From the NCBI GenBank assembly GCA_028718635.1, contig JAQULK010000001.1:607834-671833 (forward strand): a DNA stretch of 64,000 nt. The letters run 5' to 3'. Position numbers and translations under genes: made by a program. The stretch comes from Minisyncoccota bacterium. Lineage in GTDB: Bacteria > Patescibacteriota > Minisyncoccia > Phycocordibacterales > UBA9973. Within the stretch, counting starts at the first letter, position 1. Every line of letters begins with the position of its first letter. The notes beneath the pieces are model-generated. The model did no database searches and was not told where the DNA came from. It saw only the letters and a program-made list of their open reading frames with translations. Shown in pieces: positions 38,028-46,474 of this stretch.

Positions 38028-39045
38028 GATAACCCTGTGTCTGTCTTAGGCACAGACATTTGGCGGTTTAATTAATTGATAATCTTCCAGAAATTCATTT
38101 GGCGTTTTTCCATTTAAACCGCAATGTTCTAGATTGTTGTAATATATATTCCATCTTTTTAATTTCTTTTGCAAATCTTTGAAACTTTTAAATTTGTTTT
38201 GCTCGTAGAATTTCTCTTGGTCTTCCCGATGGCTGCGTTCCACAGTGCCATTTTGAGCTGGCTTACCGGGATCAATCAAGTAATGGATGATATTGTTCTC
38301 ACGGCAAAAAATATCCAAAGGGTGTAGGGTTTTCACCCTAACATCACTTCTTTTGTTGGTTCCTAGGTAGTAATTGGTAAAAACAACCCCATTGTCTGTT
38401 TTAATCGCTTGGATTTTGTATTTAAATATTTGCATCACTTCTTTTAAAAACAGAATCGAATGAAAATTAGTTTGTTCATCGTAAACAGCTAGATGTCTCC
38501 ATCTTGAAGCTGTATCGATGGCTGTATATTGAAAATATCTTTTGTTTGCAATACGTCCAGGAACATATTTCACGTCAATTTCTAGTAGTTCTCCTGGTTG
38601 TCTTTCGGCTTTAATATATTTGTATTTGATTTTCTTTACCCGATATTTTCGCACCAAGTTTTCCTTTTTTAGAATCTTACCGACTGTTCGTTCGTGAATT
38701 TCAATACCTTCCTTCTTTAACTGCCAGTGTATTTTGAGTGCGCACTTTTTTGTTTTCTTTCTAACCTCAACCACTCTTTCTTTCATCCAAATTGGAGTTT
38801 CGTTTTCCTGTGTTTTCGGTTCAGTTGATTTAGGTTCCAGTCCTGCTTCTCCTTTCGCTTTATAGGTTGCTACCCAGCGTTCTAGGCTTCGTTTACTGTA
38901 TGGACAAACCCCAACTGTATCAACTATTTTAACTTTCTTCTTTACAATTGGCAGCACCCACCTCAACCTCTCTTCTTTGATTGTTTTAGCCATAGATATG
39001 CTCATTCCTCCATTTTAGGAGAAACCGCCATATGTGTGTGCACAT
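38028..39045. mobile_element. IS481-family insertion sequence (single DDE transposase, imperfect terminal inverted repeats)
   Basis: Ends GCACAGACATTTGGCGGTTT (left) and AAACCGCCATATGTGTGTGC (right) match about 18 of 20 as inverted repeats around the transposase ORF. Confidence 0.55.
38046..39005 (-). CDS. IS481-family DDE transposase (rve integrase core)
   Basis: N-terminal HTH; catalytic D (ELLEIDVKYV), D (AIKTDNGVVF), E (NGTVERSH) with IS481-like spacing. Confidence 0.75.
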   Translation of the reverse strand: MSISMAKTIKEERLRWVLPIVKKKVKIVDTVGVCPYSKRSLERWVATYKAKGEAGLEPKSTEPKTQENETPIWMKERVVEVRKKTKKCALKIHWQLKKEGIEIHERTVGKILKKENLVRKYRVKKIKYKYIKAERQPGELLEIDVKYVPGRIANKRYFQYTAIDTASRWRHLAVYDEQTNFHSILFLKEVMQIFKYKIQAIKTDNGVVFTNYYLGTNKRSDVRVKTLHPLDIFCRENNIIHYLIDPGKPAQNGTVERSHREDQEKFYEQNKFKSFKDLQKKLKRWNIYYNNLEHCGLNGKTPNEFLEDYQLIKPPNVCA

Positions 39046-39254
39046 TACCTGTCAATATTGACTTTTTGGCTTTAGTATGATACAATATGAGCTGACAAAA
39101 GTTCGTCGAAAACAAAATAAAAAATAAAAAACAGAGGGTTTCTCTCTGTTGAAAAATAAAAAAGGAAATGGAAAAGAGGGCTTTTTCTCCCCTCTTCTAA
39201 AGAAAAACAAAAACTGCGCCCTAATGGCGCTCACAACAAAGAAAAGGAGACGCC

Positions 39255-40220
39255 ATGAAAGACAATCAAGAAAATGAAGAAGAAGTTGTAGTAGAAGAAG
39301 AGACAAAAGAAGGAAGAAGAAAAGAGAAAAGAAAAATAAAAGAGCAGAAAAACAGTACTCTCGACATAATACTGGCAGTTCTGTTTGTATCCATCACTAT
39401 TGCCGGATGCATTTGGGGCATTAGAATTGAGTTCCCAGGTGCTTGGGTGGCAACAACTATTCTCCTCCTTCTAGAGGGAATAGTCTTGTCGTTAAGTCTC
39501 AAAAAAATCAAAGTTGGTCACAGAGCACAATACCTGTATTTGGGCCGAAGGATAGAATACTTTGTGAAAGAAGGTTTGCATGTTGTACCGTGGCCTTTTT
39601 TTACAAAAAAAGAAATCGATTGCAGGGCGAAAACTACAACCCTAGATGAACAACACATCTTCACTAAAGATAATGTCGAAGTAAAATTGGGAAAACCATC
39701 CATAGTATCACAGGTTATAGATTTAGATCTATATCAAAATTTAGATACAGAAAACCTACCTGGGTTAATGGACGACGTAGTGGACGAAAATGTTCGCTAT
39801 AAAATAAGAAACACCCCATATGAAAAAGTTCTGGAAATGAAATTCAGTGTTGAAGAACATGACATCGAACATACTCTAGGAAATTGGGGGATAAACATCG
39901 TAAGAATAATTGTACCAAACGTCATTCCCGTAAATGAAGATTTCATTAAAGCTCAAGAGCTCAAAGTAAAAGAGGACCTTGAGCGCAAAGGACAGAGAGT
40001 GCAGGCACGACATCATGCTGATCTTATCAAATTCTTTTCTGGAACTGAAAAGTTGGGAGAAAAAGGTCCTGAAGGTCCTGGGCTTCCTGTTGAGCTAGCC
40101 TATGAGGCTGCTTTGATCCATATGGACAAGGCAGAAAAGAAAAAACTGGCGTCCAGCACTTTTGGTCTAGACGCTAACACAGTAGACACCATTACTAAAG
40201 CGGTAATGACAAGGAGGTAA
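39255..40220 (+). CDS. SPFH/band-7 (stomatin/prohibitin/flotillin-like) domain membrane protein
   Basis: N-terminal transmembrane helix. The SPFH core VPWPFFTKKEIDCRAKTTTLDEQHIFTKDNVEVKL is followed by a coiled coil. AAGGAG Shine-Dalgarno present. Confidence 0.65.
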   Translation: MKDNQENEEEVVVEEETKEGRRKEKRKIKEQKNSTLDIILAVLFVSITIAGCIWGIRIEFPGAWVATTILLLLEGIVLSLSLKKIKVGHRAQYLYLGRRIEYFVKEGLHVVPWPFFTKKEIDCRAKTTTLDEQHIFTKDNVEVKLGKPSIVSQVIDLDLYQNLDTENLPGLMDDVVDENVRYKIRNTPYEKVLEMKFSVEEHDIEHTLGNWGINIVRIIVPNVIPVNEDFIKAQELKVKEDLERKGQRVQARHHADLIKFFSGTEKLGEKGPEGPGLPVELAYEAALIHMDKAEKKKLASSTFGLDANTVDTITKAVMTRR

Positions 40221-40223
40221 GGA

Positions 40224-40670
40224 ATGATTAAAAGAACGATTTTTTTAATCGCCCTCGCTACTGCCATAATCTTTGCGGTGGTGTGGGGTTCAAATTGGAT
40301 CGCGACAAAATGGTCCAAAAAAGAAGCAAAAAAAGCGGCTGAGGAAAAGGCGAAGGAAATCGCCAAGACTCAGCCACCGACACAAACAGCTTCACGACAG
40401 AAGGTCGAGGCACTCGTTCTGGACAATGAGTGCCTCACACCCTGTAGTGGGAATATTCCTGCAGGGAGATTCAAAATCCGGACGGACGGACATCCGCTCC
40501 GGATAAAGTTCAAGGGGGTGCACGACTGGGTCGAGCACCCAGCAGAGGGAGAAGCCAAGTCTCCCTCGGGAGTAGAGCCTGGCGAGGCACAATTCGTCTC
40601 GTCAGATAAAGAAAACCCGCACGTAAAAGTGTGGGTATACAAAAAAATTACCGTTCCAGGAGGGCGGTAA
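40224..40670 (+). CDS. Membrane-anchored protein with a markedly GC-rich C-terminal part; possibly an NfeD-like partner of the SPFH protein
   Basis: N-terminal transmembrane helix, a K/E-rich linker, a C-terminal beta-rich domain. GGAGG Shine-Dalgarno. Local GC is near 55% against a ~33% background. Confidence 0.35.
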   Translation: MIKRTIFLIALATAIIFAVVWGSNWIATKWSKKEAKKAAEEKAKEIAKTQPPTQTASRQKVEALVLDNECLTPCSGNIPAGRFKIRTDGHPLRIKFKGVHDWVEHPAEGEAKSPSGVEPGEAQFVSSDKENPHVKVWVYKKITVPGGR

Positions 40671-40707
40671 ATGGCCAAAATCGCGCTGGCCACGCAAATA
40701 AAATCGA

Positions 40708-40750
40708 AAGGGCATTAACGACCTAAGTCGGAATGCCCTTTCTTACTTTC
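40708..40750 (+). terminator. Rho-independent terminator
   Basis: AAGGGCATT...AATGCCCTT stem followed by TCTTACTTTC. Confidence 0.5.
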
Positions 40751-40806
40751 TAGTGGAATATCCACCCCGTCTCGCGAGCGAGCCACCCCTGCCGAGGGGA
40801 ATTTTT

Positions 40807-41793
40807 TTACTTTTTATTTACCCTCAGTAATTCTACAACAAGAGCGACCATCTTGTCTTTGTGCCTTGGATCGCTTTCAGCTATTAAAAGAGTAATTGCA
40901 GTTAACCCTGTAGGATTGATATTGCGCGCTCCTCTTACCCTATTTTTTCTTAAAAACCAGATAAACGCAAAAGCTCCAGATCTTTTGTTGCCATCTATAA
41001 ACGGATGATTCTTCACCATAAAGTAAAGCAAATGCGCGGCTTTTTCCTCAAGTGTCTCGTAAACATCCTTCCCGCCAAAAGCCTGCATGACGTTGCCGAC
41101 AATGCCTTCGATACTTCCCCTTTCTCTTTCCGTGGCAAAAATATCCATGGCTTCAGACTTTTTTATTAATTCATTTTTAAGTTCAGAAATAGCTTTCAAA
41201 AGTTCTACGCCAGCAAGTTTTATCCTCTTTTTCGTCACACCAGCTTTTGTAAGTAAATCTTTATCATATGCATCAAGCTTCGCCCAAGTAATAGAATATT
41301 CTTTTACAAGATCTAAAATAGTTTTTGGGTCAAGAATTACATGTGTTGGCAATAATGCTTGAATATCAGAAACATTTTTCAAAAACTGATCGTAATTTTT
41401 AAGAACTACTTTTTTGTTTATGGTGTAGCCTTTTACAAGATGGTCATGTAAAGTCTTAGTCGCCCACTGACGAAATAATGTAGCTGTTTTGCTGTTAACT
41501 CTGTAGCCAACGGAAATAATCGCATCTAAATTGTAAAGTTGAGTACTATAAATTTTTCCATCGCTAGCAGTTATTCGGAATTTCCGAATAACTGATTTTT
41601 TATTCAATTCCTGATTTTTAAAAATATTTGCTAAGTGTTCGTTTATAGTTGGAACCGTAACTCCAAAAACCTCGGCTATCTGCGCTTGGGTAGCCCAGAT
41701 AGTCTCTCGAGAAAAATCTCCACGCAATTCTATCGCTCCATTTTTGGCTTGATAAATTATAAGTTTATTTTTTATTTGTTGTTTATCTTTCAT
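40807..41793 (-). CDS. RhuM-family N-terminal domain fused to a Fic/Doc (death-on-curing-like) domain
   Basis: N-terminus IIYQAKNGAIELRGDFSRETIWATQAQIAEVFGV...IRKFRITASDGKIYSTQLYNLDAIISVGYRVNS matches RhuM. The C-terminal HPFIDGNKRSGAFAFIWFL is the Fic motif HPFx[DE]GN[GK]R. Confidence 0.65.
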   Translation of the reverse strand: MKDKQQIKNKLIIYQAKNGAIELRGDFSRETIWATQAQIAEVFGVTVPTINEHLANIFKNQELNKKSVIRKFRITASDGKIYSTQLYNLDAIISVGYRVNSKTATLFRQWATKTLHDHLVKGYTINKKVVLKNYDQFLKNVSDIQALLPTHVILDPKTILDLVKEYSITWAKLDAYDKDLLTKAGVTKKRIKLAGVELLKAISELKNELIKKSEAMDIFATERERGSIEGIVGNVMQAFGGKDVYETLEEKAAHLLYFMVKNHPFIDGNKRSGAFAFIWFLRKNRVRGARNINPTGLTAITLLIAESDPRHKDKMVALVVELLRVNKK

Positions 41794-41928
41794 TCTCTTA
41801 TTTTACACTATTAACTTCTACCCAGCCAACGCACAAAGGGCGAATTTCGTTTACGAAATTCGCCCTTTATTAATTTCTATTGTATTTTCCCCTCTCCTTA
41901 ATTAAGGAGAGGGCTAGGATGAGGTGAA

Positions 41929-42258
41929 TTACTCACTCAAATGCACCGTTCCTGCTTCTGGATCTATCTCACCTTTAGATATCCCCAATGTATTCAGCAC
42001 AATTCCGAGGATAGTCCAAACTCCCATCATGATTGTTATCCCGACAACTCCCCAGATCATATGGTTTTTGCCAGTGGTTTTTTTTTCTTCGTTGGCTTGA
42101 TTTGAAAGAAATTCAAACACGCCATAAAGAAAATACACAATAGCTAAAGCAAACAAAAGTCCTATGAGTGGATTTATGATCATGGTATCAACGTTCCAAA
42201 TAAAACCATCAAAGGAAGATGAAGCCGCAAAAGCTATTTTTGTAGACAAAAAATCCAT
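41929..42258 (-). CDS. TrbC/VirB2-like pilin-fold small membrane protein, paralog 1
   Basis: Helix-loop-helix: a hydrophobic helix, a charged loop NQANEEKKTTGKNHMIWGVVG, then a second hydrophobic helix. This is the same layout as VirB2/TrbC pilins. Confidence 0.4.
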   Translation of the reverse strand: MDFLSTKIAFAASSSFDGFIWNVDTMIINPLIGLLFALAIVYFLYGVFEFLSNQANEEKKTTGKNHMIWGVVGITIMMGVWTILGIVLNTLGISKGEIDPEAGTVHLSE

Positions 42259-42376
42259 CCCGTTAGAGATAGGAAATGCAAAGCATTTCCGTAGTTATAT
42301 TACTTTTAATAAAAACTTTTAACATAAAATTATTTTCTCTATTATTTCAGATAATAAACTATATGATCTCTAACGG
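42259..42376. mobile_element. Start-codon-associated palindromic MITE-like element, copy 3 (variant interior)
   Basis: CCCGTTAGAGAT...ATCTCTAACGGG. ATGGAT direct repeats at 42253-42258 and 42377-42382 (minus sense). Confidence 0.55.
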
Positions 42377-42395
42377 GATCCATACTTTATTTAAT

Positions 42396-42779
42396 TTATT
42401 GATTTAGTGTGGGTAAAATAACATTAACATCATTGCTGCCAGTAAGACCAAAAGTATTGGTTAAAATATTTACAAGACCCCACAAAGCTACGATAACCGC
42501 AAAACCGATAATGCCGTAAATCACTCTATCTCTACCTTTTTTCTTTGCTTCTTCGTCACTTCCGATCATATAAGAAACAACTCCCCATACAAACCAAACT
42601 ACAGCTAAGGCGATCAAAACTGGAACAACAGCGTTAAGAAGTTGTCCTATTTTACACAACACTGAACCTATGTCTGTAATTGTTCCTGCATTACAATTAC
42701 CACCAAAAGTCGCCGCAAATGCAGCAACAGGCGCTAAACTTGAAACAAAACCTGTCAATACGATTAATTTCTTTTTCAT
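42396..42779 (-). CDS. TrbC/VirB2-like pilin-fold small membrane protein, paralog 2
   Basis: Signal peptide, a cysteine pair, then LNAVVPVLIALAVVWFVWGVVSYMIGSDEEAKKKGRDRVIYGIIGFAVIVALWGLVNIL. Confidence 0.45.
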   Translation of the reverse strand: MKKKLIVLTGFVSSLAPVAAFAATFGGNCNAGTITDIGSVLCKIGQLLNAVVPVLIALAVVWFVWGVVSYMIGSDEEAKKKGRDRVIYGIIGFAVIVALWGLVNILTNTFGLTGSNDVNVILPTLNQ

Positions 42780-42895
42780 CCCGTTAGAAGCAGGTCGCGA
42801 TCTTAATTAATTTTAAAATCTATAAAATCAGACCCACTAAATTTATACTTATAATAATTTCCCGACTATAAACCGTGACCGCGGCTTCTAACGGG
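42780..42895. mobile_element. Start-codon-associated palindromic MITE-like element, copy 4
   Basis: CCCGTTAGAAGCAGGTCGCGATC...GTGACCGCGGCTTCTAACGGG. ATGAA direct repeats. Confidence 0.6.
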
Positions 42896-42943
42896 ATTCA
42901 TAACCCCAATAATTATACCTTCTCTAAAAAATCAAAGCAAATT

Positions 42944-43744
42944 CTAATGTGGAGGAGTGACCTGTGGAAGAACTGAAGTGCCAACACCAAAGGTAGTGCC
43001 AAGTATCCCCACCAACCCCCAAACAGACAACATCACTGCTAAAGCAATAATACCCCAGATCATGAATTGCTTGCCTTGCGCTCTTTTTGCTTCTTCGTCA
43101 GCATTAAGTATAAAAAACTGCACTACCCCCCAGACAAACATAACGGTAGCCACGGCAAAAATCAAAGGAATTACGGCGCTATTGATAATGCCAGTAATAT
43201 AGGTTAATACATCTTGAAATTTTGGATTACTAGTAAGAGTGGAAGTAGAGCCAGTACCACCACCTACTGAAGACAAAGATGGCGGAGTAGTACCACCAAG
43301 ACCAAAAGTCGTAGTAATAATATTCACCAACCCCCACAAACCAATGATGACCGCAAAACCAATGACTCCATAAATTATTCTATCTTTTCCTTTTTTCTTC
43401 GCTTCTTCCCCATCAGCGATTACATACTGCACTACTCCCCAGACAAAATAGACCACCCCAAGAGCCACTAAAACCGGAACAATAGAATTGAGAATTTCCT
43501 TAAATTGACATATTATTTTCCCTATACCATTCAAAGAATCACACGTACTAGAAATTGGAATACCACTACAAGTTCCATCTGGAAGCATTCCCGAACCATC
43601 ACTGCATGTACCTACAAATCTGCTATCAAGAGCAAAAGTCATCATTGGAAACAAAACTAATAAAGAAAATATAAGACTAAACTTTTTTATTTTTTGCATA
43701 ATTCGTAATTCGTAATTGATAATTCGTAATTGCTTATAAAGCAA
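42944..43744 (-). CDS. Tandem-duplicated TrbC/VirB2-like protein (two helix-loop-helix modules), paralog 3
   Basis: Two repeats of the ADGEEAKKKGKDRIIYGVIG / NADEEAKRAQGKQFMIWGIIA loop, each flanked by hydrophobic helices. The N-terminal part is cysteine-rich. Confidence 0.45.
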   Translation of the reverse strand: MLYKQLRIINYELRIMQKIKKFSLIFSLLVLFPMMTFALDSRFVGTCSDGSGMLPDGTCSGIPISSTCDSLNGIGKIICQFKEILNSIVPVLVALGVVYFVWGVVQYVIADGEEAKKKGKDRIIYGVIGFAVIIGLWGLVNIITTTFGLGGTTPPSLSSVGGGTGSTSTLTSNPKFQDVLTYITGIINSAVIPLIFAVATVMFVWGVVQFFILNADEEAKRAQGKQFMIWGIIALAVMLSVWGLVGILGTTFGVGTSVLPQVTPPH

Positions 43745-44171
43745 GTACTGTCGCTGATATCATTTTAGCGATAGCCCAAGCTCCTAATAATATCGCTGCA
43801 CCAATCAAAGTGTAAAGAAGCGCATCTTTGGCTTTGGTCAATTCAGTTGGCTTGCCTTGAGCTTTTACAAAAAGAAAGCCACAGTAAATGATAGCAAGCG
43901 CGACGATAGGCATACCGATTTTAATCACACCCTGCAATATGGCTTGAATTAAATCTGATATTAAGGGAAATTTACCACCTAAGGGATCAACAATTTTACC
44001 GCCACCCCCAGAAGCGGTACCATCAGTATCTCCAGCAAAAGAAATAATTGGAATAATTAACACATAAACTGCTAAAATTATCTTATACCAACCTCTCTTA
44101 ATAAAATTCTTTTTCATCTTGTTTTCATTATAACTCATATTAGAGAGGATTGAAACCAATCCAACTGCCAC
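43734..44171 (-). CDS. TrbC/VirB2-like small membrane protein, paralog 4. The real start is probably the internal ATG near 44117.
   Basis: Signal peptide followed by a two-helix hydrophobic core with a KAQGKPTELTKAKD loop. Confidence 0.35.
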   Translation of the reverse strand: MAVGLVSILSNMSYNENKMKKNFIKRGWYKIILAVYVLIIPIISFAGDTDGTASGGGGKIVDPLGGKFPLISDLIQAILQGVIKIGMPIVALAIIYCGFLFVKAQGKPTELTKAKDALLYTLIGAAILLGAWAIAKMISATVLAL

Positions 44172-44520
44172 TGTAGCCTAGAATATATAGTACTGTTTTA
44201 ATAATCAAAAAAGCTGCCACCGCGATAATCAGCCCGAGAACTGTATTAGTAAAAACAGAATTTGCTCTAGTCCTCGCTCCCGATGACCCACCCGAAGTGA
44301 CAAAGAGAAACCCCGCATAAACAAACATAATAGCCGAAATAGGTATAACCATATCAAAAAGAATAAAATGAATTACTCTATTTATAAGATCCATAAATTC
44401 TTTAAAACCACAATTCGTATCGCATTGTACCAAAGGCGTACTTCCTGCTAAAGAGACAACGGGAATAATCAGAATCAAAAAAACAAGAAGGTCTATGGTA
44501 AATTTTGTTTTGCTTTGCAT
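44140..44520 (-). CDS. TrbC/VirB2-like small membrane protein, paralog 5
   Basis: Signal peptide, CDTNC cysteines, two hydrophobic helices separated by a GGSSGARTRA loop. Confidence 0.35.
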   Translation of the reverse strand: MQSKTKFTIDLLVFLILIIPVVSLAGSTPLVQCDTNCGFKEFMDLINRVIHFILFDMVIPISAIMFVYAGFLFVTSGGSSGARTRANSVFTNTVLGLIIAVAAFLIIKTVLYILGYSGSWIGFNPL

Positions 44521-44543
44521 ACCTGTCCGCCTGTGGCGGAAAT

Positions 44544-45833
44544 TTATTTTAATAATAATAATTGCAATTTAGTATTCGCGTCCTTGACCGCATCTGCTAC
44601 TGATAAATTGTTAGAAATCACCGCATTGGTCATCACGCCGAAAATATTGTCAGTGTCTTTCGGCGAAGGATCGAGCCAGCTTTTCCCATACAATGCTGAG
44701 CTATAGAAAATAGGAGAAAAGGCATCTTGAGGTTTGACGGCGAGCAAGTCCCGGCGCGCTGGAGGCACGCCCGTTGCCACGGCAAACTTTGAAGCAAAAT
44801 CCGAAGTCGCCATCTGGCTCGCTGCCAGGAAGGCTGTGCTGATATTTTTTGAAAAAGAAGAAATAGCAATTCCGGTCACCCTTGCTCTAGTGGTTTTAAA
44901 AGTGGCATCTCTGATCTGAGGCATCCCCGCGACAAAGAAATTTTGATTAGGATTTCTTTTTACTAGGGACTGCAGCTCGGAGGCATAGCCGAAATAAAAA
45001 GCTAAATCCTCCCGAGAAAAAGCGTCGTCAGAATTAGGAAATGATTTATTCCAAGAATATGCAGGATTGTTCGGATCTGCAAAATCCGTATAGAATTTTA
45101 ACATTGAAGGCAAATTGAAATTTCCAATTGAAGAATCTAAGGTCGAACCCAAAACTCCGTCCGTCTCTTTCACGATGGGGTTGCCAGCTTGCATAAAAAG
45201 AGTAGCCAGGATGTCTTTGAAATGAATGATGTTTGAAGAATATCCAAAGGCTATAGCGCTTTTTATTATTTTATTTGAATCATCTTTTTTTGTAAGGAGA
45301 GGCGCGACTTTCGCCACATCATCCCAGTAAGCCGGAGGATAGACGACTCCATTCGCATCAAGCATGCTCCTGTTGTAATACATCATAAGCGGATCAATAG
45401 AGATTGGAAAAGCTAAAATTCCGTTCTTTGTTAAAAAGACTTCTCCTGCGCCGGCAAAATTATTTTTAAATAAAGACAGAGAATAGCTCTGATACGGAAT
45501 GGTGAAAATTTTATCTGTGTAATGAAAAACCAAATTGTCAGGCAAAAAAAACATATCCGGTCCTGTTCCAGAAGCGGCTGCCTCGAGTAAATCTTGATCA
45601 AAAGTATCAGCAGATTTTTGCACATAAGTGACAGAAAAAGTAGTATTAGCATTATTAAAATCCTTCATTACGGATGACATCGTCGCCTCAGGCACTGTTC
45701 CCCATAAAACTACATCGCCCAGACTGCCCGCGCCGCCTTTGCCTATTGGAATAGCGCCAGAAAAAACCAAAATACCCAAAATACCTGCAGCAATAAATAT
45801 GATTAAAATGATTAGTTTAAAATTTCCTTTCAT
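44544..45833 (-). CDS. Extracellular solute-binding-protein-like (SBP family 1 type) membrane-anchored protein
   Basis: N-terminal transmembrane anchor followed by a periplasmic-binding-protein-like domain (GTGPDMFFLPDN, multiple W/Y-rich sugar-binding-type segments). Confidence 0.4.
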   Translation of the reverse strand: MKGNFKLIILIIFIAAGILGILVFSGAIPIGKGGAGSLGDVVLWGTVPEATMSSVMKDFNNANTTFSVTYVQKSADTFDQDLLEAAASGTGPDMFFLPDNLVFHYTDKIFTIPYQSYSLSLFKNNFAGAGEVFLTKNGILAFPISIDPLMMYYNRSMLDANGVVYPPAYWDDVAKVAPLLTKKDDSNKIIKSAIAFGYSSNIIHFKDILATLFMQAGNPIVKETDGVLGSTLDSSIGNFNLPSMLKFYTDFADPNNPAYSWNKSFPNSDDAFSREDLAFYFGYASELQSLVKRNPNQNFFVAGMPQIRDATFKTTRARVTGIAISSFSKNISTAFLAASQMATSDFASKFAVATGVPPARRDLLAVKPQDAFSPIFYSSALYGKSWLDPSPKDTDNIFGVMTNAVISNNLSVADAVKDANTKLQLLLLK

Positions 45834-45949
45834 CCCGTTAGAGACAGGTCGCGATCTTCGCTACCTGTGAATTATTGTTAATATAGTTGATCGTCATAAA
45901 ATTATTGATTTATTTATTATATTACTTCGTGACCGCGGTCTCTAACGGG
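45834..45949. mobile_element. Start-codon-associated palindromic MITE-like element, copy 5
   Basis: CCCGTTAGAGACAGGTCGCGATC...GTGACCGCGGTCTCTAACGGG. ATGAA direct repeats. Confidence 0.6.
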
Positions 45950-45951
45950 AT

Positions 45952-46467
45952 TCATTGTTTAGTTAATATCATACCATAATGGTGGTCTCCTGCATCAATT
46001 TCTCTATCCAAAGTAAAGCCTTTTTTCTCAAACTTTTCTTCCGCCTTAGCTTTGGGAACAATAGAGGTTCCGCTCATGATCGAAGACTCTGACCAGTCGA
46101 TCAACAAAACTCTCCCCTTTGGCTTTAATATTCTTTTTATTTCTTCAATAAACTTTTCTTTATCTTCTATTTGAAAAAGTATATTTGAAACGATAACAGC
46201 ATCCGCTATTTCATCGCCGATCTTTGTTCCACCGGGCTTTTCCGCATCTCCTAAAATAATCTCGACATTGTCTAAATGAGCTTCGAGTATTTTTCTTTTA
46301 ATAGTATCCAAAAAATCTTTTTGCAATTCGACAGCGTACACTTTTCCTTTCGGCACGATGGCTCCCAGTGCGATAGAATAAAATCCAGTTCCCGCACCTA
46401 AATCCGCTACAATATTATCTTCCCTTAATCCAAAAGCTTTTAAATTTTTTACCGGATCGGTGAACAT
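45952..46467 (-). CDS. Class I SAM-dependent methyltransferase
   Basis: Motif I VADLGAGTGFYSIALG, motif II AVIVSNIL, post-II ...LKPKGRVLLIDW. Confidence 0.65.
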   Translation of the reverse strand: MFTDPVKNLKAFGLREDNIVADLGAGTGFYSIALGAIVPKGKVYAVELQKDFLDTIKRKILEAHLDNVEIILGDAEKPGGTKIGDEIADAVIVSNILFQIEDKEKFIEEIKRILKPKGRVLLIDWSESSIMSGTSIVPKAKAEEKFEKKGFTLDREIDAGDHHYGMILTKQ

Positions 46468-46474
46468 AGGTTAA

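Noticed and set aside
39052-39306. 84-aa minus-strand ORF overlapping the IS481 right end and the SPFH start
   Set aside because: Its F/L-rich low-complexity sequence is antisense to the K/E-rich SPFH N-terminus and looks like a mirror artefact.
10463-45949. The repeated CCCGTTAGAAGC...GCTTCTAACGGG units, considered as a possible CRISPR array
   Set aside because: The copies are inverted-repeat pairs around unique loops. They are scattered over 35 kb, not arranged as direct repeats with regular spacers, and no cas genes are present. I interpreted them as MITE-like elements instead.
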